From the IMG/VR virus record IMGVR_UViG_3300016476_001378: DNA of 64,000 nt; one strand, written 5' to 3'. Shown in pieces: positions 58,524 to 64,000 of this stretch. The notes beneath the pieces are model-generated. The model saw nothing but the letters and a program-made list of their open reading frames with translations, ran no database searches and was not told the DNA's origin. Each line of letters begins with the position of its first letter. Positions within the stretch are counted from its first letter, which is position 1. The translations under genes and the position numbers were made by a program. Source of the DNA: a virus. Its lineage: Duplodnaviria; Caudoviricetes.

Positions 58524-58528
58524 AGGAT

Positions 58529-59983
58529 TTAATAACCCTTGTGACTCTTGCTTAAAAGTTCTTCTAATGTTGAAAGAAGAGCTTCCATTTCATCGTCATC
58601 ATAGTAATGCTCTGCATCTGCAAGCAATTCTTCAATTGTTTGATCGTTATCTAAATCTGCCTCGTGGCGTGTTTCAACTTGAACACCAAGATTATCTTCA
58701 CTATCTGATTCAATAGCATTTGTCTTGGAAGCATTCCATGCCTTCTTGATGTTGACATCCTGAATGCGCTCTTTTGGCTCGCCATGATGGCCTAAATTAG
58801 GCTCAGAAGCTTCGTCAAGTCTCTGCTCGATCTGCTCATCAACATACAATTTCTTTCTCTTTGCTTCGAGCTGTGCGCTAAAGGAAATTTCTTCAGCTGC
58901 ATCGATACCAGCATTAGATGCAACAACTGGCTTTCTCAATCTGTTTTCCATGTTACCTTCTCCAACTAAACCTTGATGGCGGTTGTAAATTTTTTTGTCA
59001 TCTAATTTAGTTTCGATGTTGTCTTCTAAATTAGTCTTCTTTGTTCCTTTGATTGCCTTGAGCTTTTCTTGCATTCTGTGCTCAAAGTTCATGGTGTCAA
59101 TGGCTAAACTCTCTGGATTAAATCTCTCTCCATCTTTGATATTCAATCTATTGTTTGTTTCAGGATGGACTTCATCTAATCTATTGATTACATTGATGTG
59201 GTTATCTGCTGCGGTCTTGAGCCAATCTTGGTATGCACAAGAGACCTGGCCATCTTGAGTAACTCTGGAGTCAATACAATTGTCTCTACAGGAGCTAATA
59301 GGCATAGGAATGGCATTGCCAATTTGGTGTCTTGCCTTAGGACATAATTGATAAGGCTCACCATCTTGGTGTCTAGGATTTTCAATGTAAGCAATTCTAA
59401 CACTAGGTTGCTTCACATTGCCAGCAAATACATTGTGAATTCTGTAAGCAGCAGCATCAACTGTTTCTGCTTCGCCAGCTAAAACTGCTCTTTTAGCCTT
59501 TGTAAAAGCGTATCTCTCAGAGTCAGAGTTGGAATCATTCGCTAATTTATCTAATAATTTAACGGCCTCAACTTGTGTTTTGCCGCTATTGTCTGCAGCA
59601 AAGCTCTTGACTAATTCATAAGCTTTTCTAATATCTGTTAATCTGTTAGCTGTTCTAATTTGTTCCATATTATTAACCGAAGAAGAGATCTTTTCCATAG
59701 CGTCCATTGGGTTTAATTTGATGATTCGCACAACGCCGTGGCATCCACCTAAATCATCATTAAACATTTTAATCATAGGATCGTTCTGATCAAAATCAGA
59801 ATCGTCCACTTCATTGCCAAATGGCATAGAAGGAAGAACAACAGGGGCCATTTGTGAATCTGTGCGCTTCATGTTCTCCATTAATGATGGTAAGATAGCC
59901 TTAAGCATGTTTAATAAAGCTGAACCATCTATTAAGTGCTTGTCATGTTCGTGCTTTGGAGCACTCTTCTTGTTTTCACTCAT
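58529..59983 (-). CDS. Hypothetical internal head protein, 484 aa
   Basis: Central four-Cys domain (CPKAR..CRDNC..C) and C-terminal acidic short repeats. Confidence 0.7.
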   Translation of the reverse strand: MSENKKSAPKHEHDKHLIDGSALLNMLKAILPSLMENMKRTDSQMAPVVLPSMPFGNEVDDSDFDQNDPMIKMFNDDLGGCHGVVRIIKLNPMDAMEKISSSVNNMEQIRTANRLTDIRKAYELVKSFAADNSGKTQVEAVKLLDKLANDSNSDSERYAFTKAKRAVLAGEAETVDAAAYRIHNVFAGNVKQPSVRIAYIENPRHQDGEPYQLCPKARHQIGNAIPMPISSCRDNCIDSRVTQDGQVSCAYQDWLKTAADNHINVINRLDEVHPETNNRLNIKDGERFNPESLAIDTMNFEHRMQEKLKAIKGTKKTNLEDNIETKLDDKKIYNRHQGLVGEGNMENRLRKPVVASNAGIDAAEEISFSAQLEAKRKKLYVDEQIEQRLDEASEPNLGHHGEPKERIQDVNIKKAWNASKTNAIESDSEDNLGVQVETRHEADLDNDQTIEELLADAEHYYDDDEMEALLSTLEELLSKSHKGY

Positions 59984-59995
59984 TTTTGACTTTCC

Positions 59996-60922
59996 TTATG
60001 GCAATTCGTTTACTTCAAATCCACGCTTTGTTAAAGCTTCGCGAATTTTCTTTAATTCTGCATTGACGCCATCTTTGCTGGCAGCCTTGCGGCCATCGCC
60101 TTGAGGAGTCTTATCATTGTAATTCAACAAGTCATTTAACCAGGATGCTCTAGCCATAAGCTCTGCTGTAGATCTCTTAGTATAATCTGGTTTTTGATCA
60201 TAAATAGATCCAGTGGCATTTACAGCTGCAAATCTGGAGAAATTAAAAGAATTAGAAGCTTCCTTTTCTGTTTTCTGGAATTTCTTTTCTTCACTTCTAG
60301 TTTTCTTGGAATAATCCATCACAACATCGACAGCCTTGCCAATGGTTTCATCATTCCACATGTTCTTCTTGCCAATGTAACGAATGATGTCTTTTTTGGA
60401 AATTCCGTGGTCAAGCATCTTACCGACCTGACCCATCAAAACGCGGAAAGGGTTGCCACGAGTTTTCTTCTTAGTCTTTTCTTCTCTGGCTTTGCCTTTG
60501 GCTGCGGCGTATTTAGCAAAATTAAATACCTTGCTTGATTTAGTTTCTTTGCTATCCATTTGTCTAATCCTTGATGCAAGTTCTTTGGCAAGTTGAGGCC
60601 CCGTTTTATAAGTTTCACCAGAAATTGGGTCCTTGGTAGCCACGCTATCAGTATTATTCTGCAAAGCGCCATACAATGCATTCAAATCATCAATTAAATC
60701 TTCAAAATATTCTGTTGCTTTGCGAACTTCGTCAATGTGTGTTTGTGTTGTTTCAGTATTGGGATCTGCAATCTCATCTAAGATTTTAAGAAGATCCTTT
60801 CTTGACATGGTTAAATTTTGCCCCGCATCATCTCCTGTTGCTGGCTGTAGAAGAATATTGTGTACGCCATTCATAGGATTGGAAGCAAGTCCGCCTACTT
60901 GTGAAAATGTATTACGGGGCAT
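59996..60922 (-). CDS. Hypothetical head-associated protein, 308 aa
   Basis: KKKTRGNPFRVLMGQVGKMLDHG domain bracketed by two FNF.[KR][YF]AA motifs. Confidence 0.7.
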   Translation of the reverse strand: MPRNTFSQVGGLASNPMNGVHNILLQPATGDDAGQNLTMSRKDLLKILDEIADPNTETTQTHIDEVRKATEYFEDLIDDLNALYGALQNNTDSVATKDPISGETYKTGPQLAKELASRIRQMDSKETKSSKVFNFAKYAAAKGKAREEKTKKKTRGNPFRVLMGQVGKMLDHGISKKDIIRYIGKKNMWNDETIGKAVDVVMDYSKKTRSEEKKFQKTEKEASNSFNFSRFAAVNATGSIYDQKPDYTKRSTAELMARASWLNDLLNYNDKTPQGDGRKAASKDGVNAELKKIREALTKRGFEVNELP

Positions 60923-60927
60923 AATAA

Positions 60928-61767
60928 TTAACCTCTTACCATGCGATCGAATTCATCGATCCAGCTACTGGTTTGATCTTGAAACTTCTTGACTTGATTC
61001 TTCATAGCACCGCTCTGCCATTCTTGATGCTTCTCTTCGTGGCTCTTGATGCTGTGGTCTTTGATCGCAAGTCTTGTTTCTCTGCGGCTTTCTGCAATAG
61101 ACTTTCTTTGCTCTTCTCTTTCTTGAATGAAAGAATAGTCCATCATGTTGTTTCTACCAGCAACGCCAGTTTCATGATGAGCCTTAACAATAGAATGTCC
61201 TCTGTCTGTAGCATAAGCCTTATTTCTTAAAGAGCCCATTTCTTGAAGCTTTTCTTGCTCCCAGTTTGCAACTCTTGCACTCTGCTTTTCTCTTGCACTG
61301 ATTCTGTCAAATTTATCATTATCAGCATCAGCCATTTCCATAAGAATGCCATCGATTTCATCCATGTCATTCCACATTGAAGCGCCTCTGAGTGCAGCTG
61401 CGATAGGATCATTGAACATTTCGCTTGGGTTTGCTCTCATAGCCATGGCGATGTTATCTGTGTCATAGCCAGCTCTTCTGATGCCGCTCAAAGAAATGTC
61501 TTCTGGTCTCATATTAGACAATGCTTCATCTTCTGGAATAAATTTATTCTCAGACAAAACTGAAGCAGATGTAATTCTTTCCCAAGCCTTATCCTGAGCA
61601 ACTCTTGCCTTTTCTGTGTTAAAGCCAACCATTTCGCGGTTCATTGCTTCACGGCGAGATTCTACATCTTGCATTGTGCTTGCTGTTTTGAAAAGTGCCT
61701 GCTCTATGGATTGAGGAATTTCGTTTTCAGATACTCTTTTAAATCTTCCCATAATAGAATTGAACAC
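60928..61767 (-). CDS. Hypothetical charged helical protein, 279 aa
   Basis: GTG start, AAGGAGG upstream. Confidence 0.7.
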   Translation of the reverse strand: MFNSIMGRFKRVSENEIPQSIEQALFKTASTMQDVESRREAMNREMVGFNTEKARVAQDKAWERITSASVLSENKFIPEDEALSNMRPEDISLSGIRRAGYDTDNIAMAMRANPSEMFNDPIAAALRGASMWNDMDEIDGILMEMADADNDKFDRISAREKQSARVANWEQEKLQEMGSLRNKAYATDRGHSIVKAHHETGVAGRNNMMDYSFIQEREEQRKSIAESRRETRLAIKDHSIKSHEEKHQEWQSGAMKNQVKKFQDQTSSWIDEFDRMVRG

Positions 61768-61789
61768 CTTAAAGGTGCCCGTCCTCCTT

Positions 61790-62014
61790 TTATTTCTTGC
61801 CTTGCCCGTAGATGTCAGACAAAGAGATTCCAGAAACTATGTGAGGCAAACCATTACGCCTAGCCTCATCGCCTAATACATTTTTATCACCGCGTACAGT
61901 AGGCGCAACACCAAAACCTTGTTTTCTGGGCACAAGGCCAGATCGCTGTAAATGATTATAAAAATGATCTAAATTATAATCATCAATTTTTTGAATAGAA
62001 TTTGACTTTTCCAT
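61790..62014 (-). CDS. Small hypothetical protein, 74 aa
   Basis: Fills the gap between co-oriented genes, with GGAG upstream. Confidence 0.55.
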   Translation of the reverse strand: MEKSNSIQKIDDYNLDHFYNHLQRSGLVPRKQGFGVAPTVRGDKNVLGDEARRNGLPHIVSGISLSDIYGQGKK

Positions 62015-62024
62015 AATGTTAAAT

Positions 62025-62061
62025 TATTCTCCAGTCCTATTATAAAGGACTGGAGAATAAA
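62025..62061. terminator. Terminator-like hairpin
   Basis: ttattctccagtcct-attataa-aggactggagaataa, 15-bp arms. Confidence 0.75.
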
Positions 62062-62070
62062 AAGTCTAGA

Positions 62071-63123
62071 CTACTTCTTTGCGAAGAGATCGCGAACCCA
62101 CTCTTCATCGCCGTAACCGAGTTCATCAACCCAGAAGCGGATACATCTGTCAAGCTGTTCTTGTGAAAGCTCAGCAACCTTTACAAAGCTTGCTACTGCA
62201 GTTCTCTTGGTGCTTGAGTTCAATGAAGAGGACATGATCTCACGAATCTGCTCTTCTTCAGGAGTTACAGATGCTACAACAGTATTGTTCATGCCGAGTG
62301 TTGCTTCTACATACTCAACTGGGAAGCCATTGTCGATAAGTCTCTGTGCAACAATTCTCTTCTCGGAATTGCCCATTGCTTCGACATTCTTGAAGCCATC
62401 ATTCTTTGTAGCTGACTTAGCTTCTGCAGCTGCTAAGCGCTCTGCAGTTGTCTTAGCCTGTGCTACAATGTTTGCTCTATTTGCTCTGCGAGCAGCAATC
62501 TTCTGAGTCTTCTCAGTCTCTTCAGATGCAAGAGCTTCTAATCTAGCTTCGATAATTCTGTTGCGATCTTCACGAGCTGCAAGAATAGCGCGAACTAATT
62601 GCTCATTACCAGCTGTCTTTGCTTGCATGAGAGCTTCTGCACTGATTTCTTCAGGGCTGTTGAAAACAATCTTGCCAGCTGTCTTTGCTGTACAACCACA
62701 CTTAGCGCCAGAATAAGCCTTACCACAAGCTTCGCATTCCTTAGCTTTTCTCTTCATTGGTTCAGCATCATCATCTTCTTTGGCATTGGCCTTAGGAGCA
62801 TTCTTCTTCATTTTGTTCTTCATGAACTCTTTGAGGCCGCCCTTAAGTTTGTCTAAATTGCCAGCGGTTGCTTTCTTGCCTTCGCCGTTCTCTTCGCCGT
62901 TCTCTTCTTCTTCTTCTTCTTCTTCTTCTTCTGCAGACTCAGGTGCTTCTTCAGCATCTTCATCTTCATCGTCTTCAGGCTTGGTGCCTTCAGGCTTGGT
63001 GTCTTCATCTGCAGCAAGTTTGATATTTAAAGTTTGCGCGAACTTTGCCCAGTCAATTGTATTGATCTGCTTTGCACTACCGAGAGAATCCTTCTCAGCA
63101 GATGGGAAAATACGATCAGCCAT
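62071..63123 (-). CDS. Acidic/helical scaffold-like or internal head protein, 350 aa
   Basis: Poly-Glu tract, CEACG..C.C motif, many [KR]xA motifs, SD and its own promoter motif. Confidence 0.7.
   Translation of the reverse strand: MADRIFPSAEKDSLGSAKQINTIDWAKFAQTLNIKLAADEDTKPEGTKPEDDEDEDAEEAPESAEEEEEEEEEENGEENGEGKKATAGNLDKLKGGLKEFMKNKMKKNAPKANAKEDDDAEPMKRKAKECEACGKAYSGAKCGCTAKTAGKIVFNSPEEISAEALMQAKTAGNEQLVRAILAAREDRNRIIEARLEALASEETEKTQKIAARRANRANIVAQAKTTAERLAAAEAKSATKNDGFKNVEAMGNSEKRIVAQRLIDNGFPVEYVEATLGMNNTVVASVTPEEEQIREIMSSSLNSSTKRTAVASFVKVAELSQEQLDRCIRFWVDELGYGDEEWVRDLFAKK
62905..62931 (-). repeat. (GAA)9 microsatellite encoding poly-Glu
   Basis: Nine ttc units, next to a 12-bp duplication at 62881-62904. 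Confidence 0.95.
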
Positions 63124-63164
63124 TTTTAATTCCTACCTTTCAAGGGTGCCTTGATTATTTAAAT

Positions 63165-63192
63165 TTATTCAAAATAGAATAGCTTTTAACCT
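63165..63192 (-). promoter_or_regulatory. AGG-class promoter candidate
   Basis: AAGGT-N18-GAATAA upstream of 63123. Confidence 0.55.
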
Positions 63193-63202
63193 TTGATAAG
63201 CT

Positions 63203-63574
63203 TTATTTCGACTTATCCTTCGGAATAACAATAAGATTATTATTATGATATTTTATTATATCACCAATATCAATCCCATTTTTATCAAAGGCTCCTTTTT
63301 TTGCCTCGACAACAAATCGAGAGGGCCGAGAAGAAGCCACTGGTTTTTCAGATTCTGCTTTTAATTCACCAAAATCTACCACACGACCCGTATCGTCTAA
63401 GAATGCCAAGCTCAAATCAAAACTAACATTCTTATTCCAAAAAGAAAGATTGTCAGAACAAGGAAAAATAAAAAATACAACTTCATCATCTTCGAGAGGT
63501 TCGGCAAACATTAAGCCCTTTGCTCTCTTAGCATCGTTGTCAGCTATAAATCTTATTCTAAATTTCTTTTCCAT
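63203..63574 (-). CDS. DUF192-family protein
   Basis: AD...RAKGLMF..FIF..SFWNKNVSFDLSLAFLD..G.V..RFVVE..G..IGD. ATG at 63574 preferred over the track's overlapping TTG at 63592. Confidence 0.88.
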   Translation of the reverse strand: MEKKFRIRFIADNDAKRAKGLMFAEPLEDDEVVFFIFPCSDNLSFWNKNVSFDLSLAFLDDTGRVVDFGELKAESEKPVASSRPSRFVVEAKKGAFDKNGIDIGDIIKYHNNNLIVIPKDKSK

Positions 63575-63581
63575 GTTTATT

Positions 63582-64000
63582 TTAATCCACAAGCATCATA
63601 TTTAGCTGTTCCAAATTTTTCTGCATTGAAACAAGCCTTTCATAAATCATGTCAGCCTGTTGATGGTCACCATCTTCATCGAGATTTCGAGCTTTGACTA
63701 CCAAATCTTGTATGTCTTTCATTAAAGAACCATACGCTGTCTTGGTTTGTCCCCTCAAGCCATACAACTCCCACTCTCTACGAGATGGGGAATAAGCAAA
63801 AGGAATTAAGCCCGCTTTTTTATTCTCATATTCAGTTGTAAGCCATTTAGTAATTGTCTTCACATCCGCATACTTCAAAGGTTTAAGTTCGTATTTGTGT
63901 CCCTCTGGATGGGCTACAAACGGCCTTCTTGAAGAAGAAAATAAAGTAGCAACTACTTTTTCTATAATAATTTTAGAATCTGTTTCAGATTCTTCTAACT
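63582..64000 (-). CDS. Hypothetical protein, 5' end beyond the right edge
   Basis: The frame of track ORF 63582..63878 stays open to the window edge. Ends in a KARNLDEDGDHQQADMI helical hairpin. Confidence 0.7.
   Translation of the reverse strand, partial: LEESETDSKIIIEKVVATLFSSSRRPFVAHPEGHKYELKPLKYADVKTITKWLTTEYENKKAGLIPFAYSPSRREWELYGLRGQTKTAYGSLMKDIQDLVVKARNLDEDGDHQQADMIYERLVSMQKNLEQLNMMLVD

Noticed and set aside
62881-63001. Microsatellite and short duplications as a phase-variation switch
   Set aside because: Unit lengths are multiples of three, so slippage only changes the length of an acidic linker.
1-64000. CRISPR array, tRNA, rRNA or diversity-generating retroelement
   Set aside because: Intergenic spaces are short, and I saw no spaced direct repeats, cloverleaf, reverse transcriptase or template/variable repeat pair by eye. 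A tRNA/ncRNA scan would still be needed to confirm absence.

Overview
This window is the virion morphogenesis region of a large, AT-rich (about 35-37% GC by eye) tailed dsDNA phage, probably a jumbo phage, using the standard genetic code. It has three blocks. (1) 45.1-64 kb, minus strand, is the head module: acidic internal head proteins, a portal with a C-terminal DUF559/Vsr-like nuclease domain, a 1425-aa prohead-protease polyprotein, scaffold, decoration protein, a short HK97-fold major capsid protein and a free-standing LAGLIDADG endonuclease. (2) 30.1-45.1 kb, plus strand, holds zinc-ribbon proteins, a degenerate PHP protein, a head-tail connector, a tail-terminator-like protein and two tail-tube-like paralogues, each followed by a chaperone-like gene. 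(3) 1-30 kb, minus strand, holds neck, hub and very large tail-tip/fibre proteins, including a protein of at least 2489 aa that the ORF track missed, with a phage infC (IF-3) gene among them. The strongest leads are: a putative protease-processed head-cargo system ([KR]-x-A-[SAQG] motifs, N-terminal WYR leaders, a portal-borne nuclease); an A9G slippery site that would fuse two ORFs into about 1593 aa; a recurring AGG(A/T)-N17/18-(G/T)AA(A/T) promoter; and roughly tenfold enrichment of GGGGCC/GGCCCC. I saw no terminase, tail sheath, tRNA or CRISPR array. All family assignments come from motif recognition by eye, with no searches run.
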